The notes below the pieces were generated by a model. That model made no database searches, was not told the DNA's origin, and saw only the letters and a list, made by a program, of their open reading frames with translations. From the NCBI GenBank assembly GCA_964016885.1, contig OZ024740.1, positions 37,014,001 to 37,078,000 of the forward strand: DNA of 64,000 bases, read 5' to 3'. This document shows, one piece after another, positions 30,001-45,000 of the stretch (position 1 is its first letter; every line of letters begins with the position of its first letter). This DNA comes from Eledone cirrhosa. Its lineage: Eukaryota. The translations under genes were made by a program, and so were the position numbers.

Positions 30001-33000
30001 ATAATACATATTATAGAATTGTAGATCAGAGCTGACCTGTGGTTAAACAATATATATTATAGAATTGTAGATCAGAGCTGACCTGTGGTTAAACAATATA
30101 TATTATAGAATTGTAAATCAGAGCTGACCTGTGGTTAAACAATACATATTATAGAATTGTAGATCAGAGCTGACCTGTGATTAAACAATATATATTATAG
30201 AATTGTAGATCAGAGCTGACCTGTGGTTAAACAATATATATTATAGAATTGTAGATGAGAGCTGACCTGTAGTTAAACAATATATATTATAGAATTGTAG
30301 ATCAGAGCTGACCTCTGGTTAAACAATATATATTATAGAATTGTAGATCAGAGCTGACCTGTGGTTAAACAATATATATTATAGAATTGTAGATCAGAGC
30401 TGACCTGTGGTTAAACAATATATATTATAGAATTGTAGATCAGAGCTGTCCTGTGGTTAAATAATACATATTATAGAATTGTAGATCAGAGCTGACCTGT
30501 GGTTAAACAATATATATTATAGAATTGTAGATAAGAGCTGACCTGTGGTTAAACAATACATATTATAGAATTGTAGATCAGAGCTGTCCTGTGGTTAAAC
30601 AATACATATTATAGAATTGTAGATCAGAGCTGACATGTGGTTAAACAATATATATTATAGAATTGTAGATCAGAGCTGACCTGTGGTTAAACAATATATA
30701 TTATAGAATTGTAGATAAGAGCTGTCCTGTGGTTAAACAATATATATTATAGAATTGTAGATAAGAGCTGTCCTGTGGTTAAACAATACATATTATAGAA
30801 TTGTAGATCTAGATCAGTGCTGACCTGTGGTTAAACAATATATATTATAGAATTGTAGATCAGAGCTGACCTGTGGTTAAGTAATACATATTATAGAATT
30901 GTAGATCAGAGCTGACCTGTGGTTAAACAATATATATTATAGAATTGTAGATCAGAGCTGACCTGTGGTTAAATAATACATATTATAGAATTGTAGATCA
31001 GAGCTGACCTGTGGTTAAACAATACATATTATAGAATTGTAGATCTAGATCAGTGCTGACCTGTGGTTAAACAATATATATTATAGAATTGTAGATCAGA
31101 GCTGACCTGTGGTTAAATAATACATATTATAGAATTGTAGATCAGAGCTGACCTGTGGTTAAACAATATATATTATAGAATTGTAGATCAGAGCTGACCT
31201 GTGGTTAAACAATATATATTATAGAATTGTAGATAAGAGCTGTCCTGTGGTTAAACAATATATATTATAGAATTGTAGATCAGAGCTGACCTGTGGTTAA
31301 ACAATATATATTATAGAATTGTAGATCAGAGCTGACCTGTGGTTAAACAATACATATTATAGAATTGTAGATCAGAGCTGACCTGTGGTTAAATAATATA
31401 TATTATAGAATTGTAGATCAGAGCTGACCTCTGGTTAAACAATATGTATTATAGAATTGTAGATCAGAGCTGACCTGTGGTTAAACAACATATATTATAG
31501 AATTGTAGATCAGAGCTGACCTGTGGTTAAACAATATATATTATAGAATTGTAAATCAGAGCTGACCTGTGGTTAAACAATACATATTATAGAATTGTAG
31601 ATCAGAGCTGACCTGAGGTTAAACAATACATATTATAGAATTGTAGATCAGAGCTGACCTGAGGTTAACCAATATATATTATAGAATTGTAAATCAGAGC
31701 TGACCTGTGGTTAAACAATATATATTATAGAATTGTAGATAAGAGCTGTCCTGTGGTTAAACAATACATATTATAGAATTGTAGATCAGAGCTGACCTGT
31801 GGTTAAACAATATATATTATAGAATTGTAGATCAGAGCTGACCTGTGGTTAAACAATATATATTATAGAATTGTAGATAAGAGCTGTCCTCTGGTTAAAC
31901 AATATATATTATAGAATAGTAGATCAGAGCTGACCTGTGGTTAAACAATATATATTATAGAATTGTAGATCAGAGCTGACCTGTGGTTAAATAATACATA
32001 TTATAGAATTGTAGATCAGAGCTGACCTGTGGTTAAACAATACATATTATAGAATTGTAGATCTAGATCAGTGCTGACCTGTGGTTAAACAATATATATT
32101 ATAGAATTGTAGATCAGAGCTGACCTGTGGTTAAATAATACATATTATAGAATTGTAGATCAGAGCTGACCTGTGGTTAAACAATATATATTATAGAATT
32201 GTAGATAAGAGCTGACCTGTTGTTAAACAATACATATTATAGAATTGTAGATCAGAGCTGACCTGTGGTTAAACAATATATATTATAGAATTGTAGATCA
32301 GAGCTGACCTGTGGTTAAACAATATATATTATAGAATTGTAGATCAGAGCTGACCTGTGGTTAAATAATACATATTATAGAATTGTAGATCAGAGCTGAC
32401 CTGTGGTTAAACAATATATATTATAGAATTGTAGATCAGAGCTGACCTGTGGTTAAACAATATATATTATAGAATTGTAGATCTGAGCTGACCTGTGGTT
32501 AAACAATATATATTATAGAATTGTAGATCAGAGCTGACCTGTGGTTAAACAATATATATTATAGAATTGTAGATCAGAACTTACCTGTGGTTAAACAATA
32601 TATATTATAGAATTGTAGATCAGAGCTGACTTGATGTTAAACAATATATATTATAGAATTGTAGATAAGAGCTGTCCTGTGGTTAAACAATATATATTAT
32701 AAATTGTAAATCAGAGCTGACCTGTGGTTAAACAATACATATTATAGAATTGTAGATCAGAGCTGACCTGTGGTTAAACAATATATATTATAGAATTGTA
32801 GATCAGAGCTGACCTGTGGTTAAACAATATATATTATAGAATTGTAGATGAGAGCTGACATGTGGTTAAACAATATATATTATAGAATTGTAGATCAGAG
32901 CTGACCTGTGGTTAAACAATATGTATTATAGAATTGTAGATCAGAGCTGACCTGTGGTTAAACAATATATATTATAGAATTGTAGATCAGAGCTGACCTG

Positions 33001-36000
33001 TGGTTAAATAATACATATTATAGAATTGTAGATCAGAGCTGACCTGTGGTTAAACAATACATATTATAGAATTGTAGATCTAGATCAGTGCTGACCTGTG
33101 GTTAAACAATATATATTATAGAATTGTAGATCAGAGCTGACCTGTGGTTAAATAATACATATTATAGAATCGTAGATCAGAGCTGACCTGTGGTTAAACA
33201 ATATATATTATAGAATTGTAGATAAGAGCTGTCCTGTGGTTAAACAATATATATTATAAATTGTAAATCAGAGCTGACCTGTGGTTAAACAATACATATT
33301 ATAGAATTGTAGATCAGAGCTGACCTGTGTTTAAACAATATATATTATAGAATTGTGGATCAGAGCTGACCTGAGGTTAAACAATATATATTATAGAATT
33401 GTAGATCATATCTGACCTGTGGTTAAACAATATATATTATAGAATTGTAGATCAGAGCTGACCTGTGGTTAAATAATACATATTATAGGATTGTAGATCA
33501 GAGCTGACCTGTGGTTAAACAATATATATTATAGAATTGTAGATCAGAGCTGACCTGTGGTTAAACAATATATATTATAGAATTGTAGATCAGAGCTGAC
33601 CTGTGGTTAAACAATATATATTATAGAATTGTAGATCAGAGCTGACCTGTGGTTAAACAATATATATTATAGAATTGTAGATCAGAACTGACCTGTGGTT
33701 AAACAATATATATTATAGAATTGTAGAACAGAGCTGACCTGTGGTTAACCAATATATATTATAGAATTGTAGATCAGAGCTGACCTGTGGTTAAACAATA
33801 TATATTATAGAATTGTAGATCAGAGCTGGCCTGAGGTTAATAATACATATTATAGAATTGTAGATCAGAGCTGACCTGTGGTTAAACAATATATAATATA
33901 GAATTGTAGATCAGAGCTGATCTGTGGTTAAACAATATATAATTTAGAATTGTATATCAGAGCTGACCTGTGTTTAAACAATACATATTATAGAATTGTA
34001 GATCAGAGCTGACCTGTGGTTAAATAATAAGTATTATAGAATTGTAGATCAGAGCTGATCTGTGGTTAAACAATATATAATTTAGAATTGTATATCAGAG
34101 CTGACCTGTGTTTAAACAATACATATTATAGAATTGTAGATCAGAGCTGACCTGTGGTTAAATAATACATATTATAGAATTGTAGATCAGAGCTGATCTG
34201 TGGTTAAACAATATATAATTTAGAATTGTATATCAGAGCTGACCTGTGTTTAAACAATACATATTATAGAATTGTAGATCAGAGCTGACCTGTGGTTAAA
34301 TAATAAGTATTATAGAATTGTAGATCAGAGCTGACCTGTGGTTAAACAATATATATATTATAGAATTGTAAATCAGAGCTGACCTGTGGTTAAACAATAC
34401 ATATTATAGAATTGTAGATCAGAGCTGACCTGTGATTAAACAATATATATTATAGAATTGTAGATCAGAGCTGACCTGTGGTTAAACAATATATATTATA
34501 GAATTGTAGATGAGAGCTGACATGTGGTTAAACAATATATATTATAGAATTGTAGATAAGAGCTGTCCTGTGGTTAAACAATATATATTATAGAATTGTA
34601 AATCAGAGCTGACCTGTGGTTAAACAATACATATTATAGAATTGTAGATCAGAGCTGACCTGTGGTTAAACAATATATATTATGGAATTGTAGATGAGAG
34701 CTGACCTGAGGTTAAACAATATATATTATAGAATTGTAGATCAGAGCTGACCTGTGGTTAAAGAATATATATTATAGAATTGTAGATCAGAGCTGACCTG
34801 TGATTAAGTAATACATATTATAGAATTGTAGATCAGAGCTGACCTGTGGTTAAACAATATATATTATAGAATTGTAGATCAGAGCTGACCTGTGGTTAAA
34901 CAATATATATTATAGAATTGTAGAACAGAGCTGACCTGTGGTTAACCAATATATATTATAGAATTGTAGATCAGAGCTGAGCTGTGGTTAAACAATATAT
35001 ATTATAGACTTGTAGATCAGAGCTGGCCTGTGGTTAATAATACATATTATAGAATTGTAGATCAGAGCTGACCTGTGGTTAAACAATATATATTATAGAA
35101 TTGTAGATCACAGCTGACCTGTGGTTAAACAATATATATTATAGAATTGTAGATCAGAGCTGACCTGTAGTTAAACAATATATATTATAGAATTGTAGAT
35201 CAGAGCTGACCTGTGGTTAAATAATATATATTATAGAATTGTAGATCAGAATTGGCCTGTGGTTAAACAATACATATTATAGAATTTTAGATCAGAGCTG
35301 ACCTGTGGTTAAATAATACATATGATAGAATTGTAGATCAGAGCTGACCTGTGGTTAAACCATATATATATTATAGAATTGTAGATCAGAGCTGACCTGT
35401 GATTAAACAATATATATTATAAAATTGTAGATCAGAGCTGACCTGTGGTTAAACAATATATATTATATAATTGTAGATCAGAGCTGACCTGTGGTTAAAC
35501 AATATATATTATAGAATTGTAGATCAGAGCTGACCTGTGGTTAAATAATACATATTATAGAATTGTAGATCAGAGCTGATCTGTGGTTAAACAATATATA
35601 ATATAGAATTGTATATCAGAGCTGACCTGTGTTTAAACAATACATATTATAGAATTGTAGATCAGAGCTGACCTGTGGTTAAATAATACATATTATAGAA
35701 TTGTAGATCAGAGCTGACCTGTAGTTAAACAATATATATTATAGAATTGTAGATCAGAGCTGACCTGTAGTTAAACAATATATATTATAGAATTGTAAAT
35801 CAGAGCTGACCTGTGGTTAACCAATATATATTATAGAATTGTAGATCAGAGCTGACCTGTAGTTAAACAATATATATTATAGAATTGTAGATCAGAGCTG
35901 ACATGTGGTTAACCAATATATATTATAGAATTGTAGATAAGAGCTGACCTGTGGTTAACCAATATATATTATAGAATTGTAGATCAGAGCTGACCTGTAG

Positions 36001-39000
36001 TTAAACAATATATATTATAGAATTGTAGATCAGAGCTGACCTGTAGTTAAACAATATATATTATAGAATTGTAGATCAGAGCTGACCTGAGGTTAAACAA
36101 TATATATTATAGAATTGTAGATCAGAGCTGACCTGTAGTTAAACAATATATATTATAGAATTGTAAATCAGAGCTGACCTGTGGTTAACCAATATATATT
36201 ATAGAATTGTAGATAAGAGCTGACCTGTGGTTAACCAATATATATTATAGAATTGTAGATCAGAGCTGACATGTGGTTAAACAATATATATTATAGAATT
36301 GTAGATCACAGCTGACCTGTCGTTAAACAATATATATTATAGAATTGTAAATCAGAGCTGACCTGTGGTTAACCAATATATATTATAGAATTGTAGATCA
36401 GAGCTGACCTGTAGTTAAACAATATATATTATAGAATTGTAGATCACAGCTGACCTGTGGTTAAATAATATATATTATAGAATTGTAGATCAGAACTGGC
36501 CTGTGGTTAAACAATACATATTATAGAATTGTAGATCAGAGCTGACCTGTGGTTACATAATACATATGATAGAATTGTAGATCAGAGCTGACCTGTGGTT
36601 AAACCATATATATATTATAGAATTGTAGATCAGAGCTGACCTGTGGTTAAACAATATATATTATAAAATTGTAGATCAGAGCTGACCTGTGGTTAAACAA
36701 TATATATTATATAATTGTAGATCAGAGCTGACCTGTGGTTAAACAATATATATCATAGAATTGTAGATCAGAGCTGATCTGTGGTTAGACAATATATAAT
36801 ATAGAATTGTAGATCAGAGCTGACCTGTGGTTAAATAATACATATTATAGAATTGTAGATCAGAGCTGACCTGTGGTTAAACAATACATATTATAGAATT
36901 GTAGATCTAGAGCAGAGCTGACCTGTGGTTAAACAATATATATTATAGAATTGTAGATCAGAGCTGACCTGTGGTTAAACAATACATATTATAGAATTGT
37001 AGATCAGAGCTGACCTGTGGTTAAACAATATATATAATAGAATTGTAGATCAGAGCTGACCTGTGGTTAAACAATATATATTATAGAATTGTAGATCAGA
37101 GCTGACATGTGGTTAAATAATAAATATTATAGAATTGTAGATCAGAGCTGACCTGTGGTTAAACAATATATATTATAGAATTGTAGATCAGAGCTGACCT
37201 GTCGTTAAACAATATATATTATAGAATTGTAGATTAGAGCTGACCTGTGGTTAAACAATATATATTATAGAATTGTAGATCAGAGCTGACCTGTCGTTAA
37301 ACAATATATATTATAGAATTGTAGATCAGAGCTGACCTGTGGTTAAACAATATATATTATAGAATTGTAGATCAGAGCTGGCCTGAGGTTAAACAATATA
37401 TATTATAGAATTGTAGATCAGAGCTGACCTGTGGTTAAACAATATATATTATAGAATTGTAGATCAGAGCTGACCTGTAGTTAAATAATACATATTATAG
37501 AATTGTAGATCAGAGCTGACCTGTGGTTAAACAATATATATAATAGAATTGTAGATCAGAGCTGACCTGTAGTTAAATAATACATATTATAGAATTGTAG
37601 ATCAGAGCTGACCTGTGGTTAAACAATATATATTATAGAATTGTAGATCAGAGCTGACCTGTGGTTAACCAATATATATTATAGAATTGTAGATCAGAGC
37701 TGACCTGTGGTTAAACAATATATATTATAGAATTGTAGATCAGAGCTGACCTGTGGTTAAACAATATATATTATAGAATTGTAGAACAGAGCTGACCTGT
37801 GGTTAACCAATATATATTATAGAATTGTAGATCAGAGCTGACCTGTGGTTAAACAATATATATTATAGAATTGTAGATCAGAGCTGGCCTGAGGTTAAAC
37901 AATATATATTATAGAATTGTAGATCAGAGCTGACCTGTAGTTAAATAATACATATTATAGAATTGTAGATCAGAGCTGACCTGTGGTTAAACAATATATA
38001 TAATAGAATTGTAGATCAGAGCTGACCTGTAGTTAAATAATACATATTATAGAATTGTAGATCAGAGCTGACCTGTGGTTAAACAATATATATTATAGAA
38101 TTGTAGATCAGAGCTGACCTGTGGTTAACCAATATATATTATAGAATTGTAGATCAGAGCTGACCTGTGGTTAAACAATATATATTATAGAATTGTAGAT
38201 CAGAGCTGACCTGTGGTTAAACAATATATATTATAGAATTGTAGAACAGAGCTGACCTGTGGTTAACCAATATATATTATAGAATTGTAGATCAGAGCTG
38301 ACCTGTGGTTAAACAATATATATTATAGAATTGTAGATCAGAGCTGGCCTGAGGTTAAACAATATATATTATAGAATTGTAGATCAGAGCTGACCTGTAG
38401 TTAAATAATACATATTATAGAATTGTAGATCAGAGCTGACCTGTGGTTAAACAATATATATTATAGAATTGTAGATCAGAGCTGACCTGTAGTTAAATAA
38501 TACATATTATAGAATTGTAGATCAGAGCTGACCTGTGGTTAAACAATATATATTATAGAATTGTAGATCAGAGCTGACCTGTGGTTAACCAATATATATT
38601 ATAGAATTGTAGATCAGAGCTGACCTGTGGTTAAACAATATATATTATAGAATTGTAGATCAGAGCTGACCTGTGGTTAAACAATATATATTATAGAATT
38701 GTAGAACAGAGCTGACCTGTGGTTAACCAATATATATTATAGAATTGTAGATCAGAGCTGACCTGTGGTTAAACAATATATATTATAGAATTGTAGATCA
38801 GAGCTGGCCTGAGGTTAAACAATATATATTATAGAATTGTAGATCAGAGCTGACCTGTAGTTAAATAATACATATTATAGAATTGTAGATCAGAGCTGAC
38901 CTGTGGTTAAACAATATATATAATAGAATTGTAGATCAGAGCTGACCTGTAGTTAAATAATACATATTATAGAATTGTAGATCAGAGCTGACCTGTGGTT

Positions 39001-42000
39001 AAACAATATATATTATAGAATTGTAGATCAGAGCTGACCTGTGGTTAACCAATATATATTATAGAATTGTAGATCAGAGCTGACCTGTGGTTAAACAATA
39101 TATATTATAGAATTGTAGATAAGAGCTGACCTGTGGTTAAACAATATATATAATAGAATTGTAGATCAGAGCTTACCTGTGGTTAAATAATACATATTAT
39201 AGAATTGTAGATCAGAGCTGACCTGTGGTTAAACAATACATATTATAGAATTGTAGATCTAGAGCAGAGCTGACCTGTGGTTAAACAATATATATTATAG
39301 AATTGTAGATCAGAGCTGACCTGTGGTTAAATAATACATCTTATAGAATTGTAGATCAGAGCTGACCTGTGGTTAAACAATACATATTATAGAATTGTAG
39401 ATCTAGATCAGAGCTGACCTGTGGTTAAACAATACATATTATAGAATTGTAGATCTAGATCAGAGCTGACCTGTGGTTAAATAATACATCTTATAGAATT
39501 GTAGATCAGAGCTGACCTGTGGTTAAATAATACATCTTATAGAATTGTAGATCAGAGCTGACCTGTGGTTAAACAATACATATTATAGAATTGTAGATCA
39601 GAGCTGACCTGTGGTTAAACAATATATATTATAGAATTGTAGATCAGAGCTGACCTGAGGTTAAACAATATATATTATAGAATTGTAGATCAGAGCTGAC
39701 CTGTGGTTAAACAATATATATTATAGAATTGTAGATCAGAGCTGACCTGTGGTTAAACAATACATATTATAGAATTGTAGATCAGAGCTGACCTGTGGTT
39801 AAACAATACATATTATAGAATTGTATATCAGAGCTGACCTGTGCTTAAACAATATATATTATAAAATTGTAGATAAGAGCTGACCTGTGGTTAAACAATA
39901 TATATCATAGAATTGTAGATCAGAGCTTACCTGTGGTTAAATAATACATTTTATAAAATTGTAGATCAGAGCTGACCTGTGGTTAAACAATACATATTAT
40001 AGAATTGTAGATCTAGATCAGAGCTGACCTGTGGTTAAACAATATATATTATAGAATTGTAGTTCAGAACTGACCTGTGGTTAAACAATATATATTATAG
40101 AATTGTAGAACAGAGCTAACCTGTGGTTAACCAATATATATTATAGAATTGTAGATCAGAGCTGACCTGTGGTTAAACAAGAAATATTATAGACTTGTAT
40201 ATCAGAGCTGGCCTGAGGTTAATAATACATATTATAGAATTGTAGATCAGAGCTGACCTGTGGTTAAACAATATATATTATATAATTGTAGATCAGAGCT
40301 GACCTGTAGTTAAACAATATATATTATAGAATTGTAGATCAGAGCTCACCTGTGGTTAAATAATATATATTATAGAATTGTAGATCAGAACTGGCCTGTG
40401 GTTAAACAATACATATTATAGAATTGTAGATCAGAGCTGACCTGTGGTTAATTAATACATATGATAGAATTGTAGATCAGAGCTGACCTGTGGTTAAACC
40501 ATATATATATTATAGAATTGTAGATCAGAGCTGACCTGTGGTTAAACAATATATATTATAAAATTGTAGATCAGAGCTGACCTGTGGTTAAACAATATAT
40601 ATTATAGAATTGTAGATCAGAGCTGACCTGTGGTTAAACAATATATATTATAGAATTGTAGATCAGAGCTGGCCTGAGGTTAAACAATATATATTATAGA
40701 ATTGTAGATCAGAGCTGACCTGTAGTTAAATAATACATATTATAGAATTGTAGATCAGAGCTGACCTGTGGTTAAACAATATATATTATAGAATTGTATA
40801 TCAGAGCTGACCTGTGGTTAAATAATACATATTATAGAATTGTAGATCAGAGCTGACCTGTGGTTAAACAATATATATTATAGAATTGTAGATCAGAGCT
40901 GGCCTGAGGTTAAACAATATATATTATAGAATTGTAGATCAGAGCTGACCTGTAGTTAAATAATACATATTATAGAATTGTAGATCAGAGCTGACCTGTG
41001 GTTAAACAATATATATTATAGAATTGTAGATCAGAGCTGACCTGTGGTTAAACAATATATATTATAGAATTGTAGATCAGAGCTGACCTGTGGTTAAACA
41101 ATATATATTATAGAATTGTAGATCAGAGCTGACCTGTGGTTAAACAATATATATTATAGAATTGTAGAACAGAGCTAACCTGTGGTTAACCAATATATAT
41201 TATAGAATTGTAGATCAGAGCTGACCTGTGGTTAAACAATATATATTGTAGACTTGTAGATCAGAGCTGGCCTGAGGTTAATAATACATATTATAGAATT
41301 GTAGATCAGAGCTGACCTGTGGTTAAACAATATATATTATAGAATTGTAGATCAGAGCTGACCTGTAGTTAAACAATATATATTATAGAATTGTAGATCA
41401 GAGCTGACCTGTGGTTAAATAATATATATTATAGAATTGTAGATCAGAACTGGCCTGTGGTTAAACAATACATATTATAGAATTGTAGATCAGAGCTGAC
41501 CTGTGGTTAAATAATACATATGATAGAATTGTAGATCAGAGCTGACCTGTGGTTAAACCATATATATATTATAGAATTGTAGATCAGAGCTGACCTGTGG
41601 TTAAACAATATATATTATAGAATTGTAGATCAGAGCTGACCTGTGGTTAAACAATATATATTATATAATTGTAGAACAGAGCTGACCTGTGGTTAAACAA
41701 TATATATTATAGAATTGTAGATCAGAGCTGACCTGTGGTTAAACAATATATATTGTAGAATTGTAGATCAGAGCTGACCTGTGGTTAAACAATATATATT
41801 ATAGAATTGTATATCAGAGCTGACCTGTGGTTAAATAATATATATTATATAATTGTAGAACAGAGCTGACCTGTGGTTAAACAATATATATTATATAATT
41901 GTAGAACAGAGCTGACCTGTGGTTAAACAATATATATTATAGAATTGTAGATCAGAGCTGACCTGTGGTTAAACAATATATATTATAGAATTGTAGATAA

Positions 42001-45000
42001 GAGCTGTCCTGTGGTTAAACAATATATATTATAGAATTGTAGATCAGAGCTGACCTGTGGTTAAATAATACATATTATAGAATTGTAGATCAGAGCTGAC
42101 CTGTGGTTAAACAATATATATTATAGAATTGTAGATCAGAGCTGACCTGTGGTTAAACAATATATATTATAGAATTGTAGATCAGTGCTGACCTGTGGTT
42201 AAACAATATATATTATAGAATTGTAGATAAGAGCTGTCCTGTGGTTAAACAATATATATTATAGAATTGTAGATCAGTGCTGACCTGTGGTTAAACAATA
42301 TATATTATAGAATTGTAGATCAGTGCTGACCTGTGGTTAAACAATATATATTATAGAATTGTAGATCAGAGCTGACCTGTGGTTAAACAATATATATTAT
42401 AGAATTGTAGATAAGAGCTGTCCTGTGGTTAAACAATATATATTATAGAATTGTAGATAAGAGCTGTCCTGTGGTTAAACAATATATATTATAGAATTGT
42501 AGATCAGAGCTGACCTGTGGTTAAATAATACATATTATAGAATTGTAGATCAGAGCTGACCTGTGGTTAAACAATATATATTATAGAATTGTAGATCAGA
42601 GCTGACCTGTGGTTAAACAATATATATTATAGAATTGTAGATCAGAGCTGACCTGTCGTTAAACAATATATATTATAGAATTGTAGATCAGAGCTGACCT
42701 GTGGTTAAACAATATATATTATAGAATTGTAGATCAGTGCTGACCTGTGGTTAAACAATATATATTATAGAATTGTAGATCAGAGCTGACATGTGGATAA
42801 AAAATACATATTATAGAATTGTAGATCAGAGCTGACCTGTGGTTAAACAATATATATTATAGAATTGTAGATCAGAGCTGACCTGTGGTTAAACAATATA
42901 TATTATAGTATTGTAGATCAGAGCTGACCTGTGGTTAAACAATATATATTATAGAATTGTAGATCAGTGCTGACCTGTGGTTAAACAATATATATTATAG
43001 TATTGTAGATCAGAGCTGACCTGTGGTTAAACAATATATATTATAGAATTGTAGATCAGTGCTGACCTGTGGTTAAACAATATATATTATAGAATTGTAG
43101 ATCAGAGCTGACATGTGGATAAAAAATACATATTATAGAATTGTAGATCAGAACTGGCCTGTGGTTAAACAATATATATTATAGAATTGTAGATCAGAGC
43201 TGACCTGTAGTTAATTAATACATATGATAGAATTGTAGATCAGAGCTGACCTGTGGTTAAACAATACATATTATAGAATTGTAGATCAGAGCTGACCTGT
43301 GGTTAATTAATACATATGATAGAATTGTAGATCAGAGCTGACCTGTGGTTAAACCATATATATATTATAGAATTGTAGATCAGAGCTGACCTGTGGTTAA
43401 ACAATATATATTATAAAATTGTAGATCAGAGCTGACCTGTGGTTAAACAATATATATTATAGAATTGTAGATCAGAGCTGACCTGTGGTTAAACAATATA
43501 TATTATAGAATTGTAGATCAGAGCTGGCCTGAGGTTAAACAATATATATTATAGAATTGTAGATCAGAGCTGACCTGTAGTTAAATAATACATATTATAG
43601 AATTGTAGATCAGAGCTGACCTGTGGTTAAACAATATATATTATAGAATTGTATATCAGAGCTGACCTGTGGTTAAATAATACATATTATAGAATTGTAG
43701 ATCAGAGCTGACCTGTGGTTAAATAATACATATTTTAGAATTGTAGATCAGAGCTGACCTGTGGTTAAACATTATATATTATAGAATTGTAGATCAGAGC
43801 TGACATGCGGTTAAACAATATATATTATAGAATTGTAGATAAGAGCTGTCCTGTTGTTAAACAATATATATTATAGAATTGTAAATCAGAGCTGACCTGT
43901 AGTTAAACAATATATATTATAGAATTGTAGATCAGAGCTGACCTGTGGTTAAACAATATATATTATAGAATTGTAGATCAGAGCTGACCTGTGGTTAAAC
44001 AATATATATTATAGAATTGTAGATCAGAGCTGACCTGTGGTTAAACAATATATATTATAGAATTGTAGATCAGAGCTGACCTGTGGTTAAACAATACATA
44101 TTATAGAATTGTAGATCAGAGCTGACCAGTGGTTAAACAATATATATTATAGAATTGTAGATATGAGCTGACCTGTGGTTAAACAATACATATTATAGAA
44201 TTGTAGATCAGAGCTGTCCTGTGGTTAAACAATATATATTATAGAATTGTAGATCAGAGCTGACCTGTGGTTAAACAATATATATTATAGAATTGTAGAT
44301 GAGAGCTGACATGTGGTTAAACAATATATATTATAGAATTGTAGATAAGAGCTGTCCTGTGGTTAAACAATATATATTATAGAATTGTAGATCAGAGCTG
44401 ACCTGTGGTTAAACAATATATATTATAGAATTGTAGATCAGAGCTGACCTGTGGTTAAACAATATATATTATAGAATTGTAAATCAGAGCTGACCTGTGG
44501 TTAAACAATATATATTATAGAATTGTAGATCAGAGCTGACCTGAGGTTAAACAATATATATTATAGAATTGTAGATCAGTGCTGACCTGTGGTTAAACAA
44601 TATATATTATAGAATTGTAGATCAGAGCTGACCTGTGGTTAAATAATACATATTATAGAATTGTAGATCAGAGCTGACCTGTGGTTAAACAATATATATT
44701 ATAGAATTGTTGATCAGAGCTGACCTGTAGTTAAACAATATATATTATAGAATTGTAGATCAGAGCTGACCTGTGGTTAAACAATATATATTATAGAATT
44801 GTAGATCAGAGCTGACCTGTGGTTAAACAATATATATTATAGAATTGTAGATCAGAGCTGACCTGTGGTTAAACAATATATATTATAGAATTGTAGAACA
44901 GAGCTAACCTGTGGTTAACCAATATATATTATAGAATTGTAGATCAGAGCTGACCTGTGGTTAAACAATATATATTATAGACTTGTATATCAGAGCTGGC

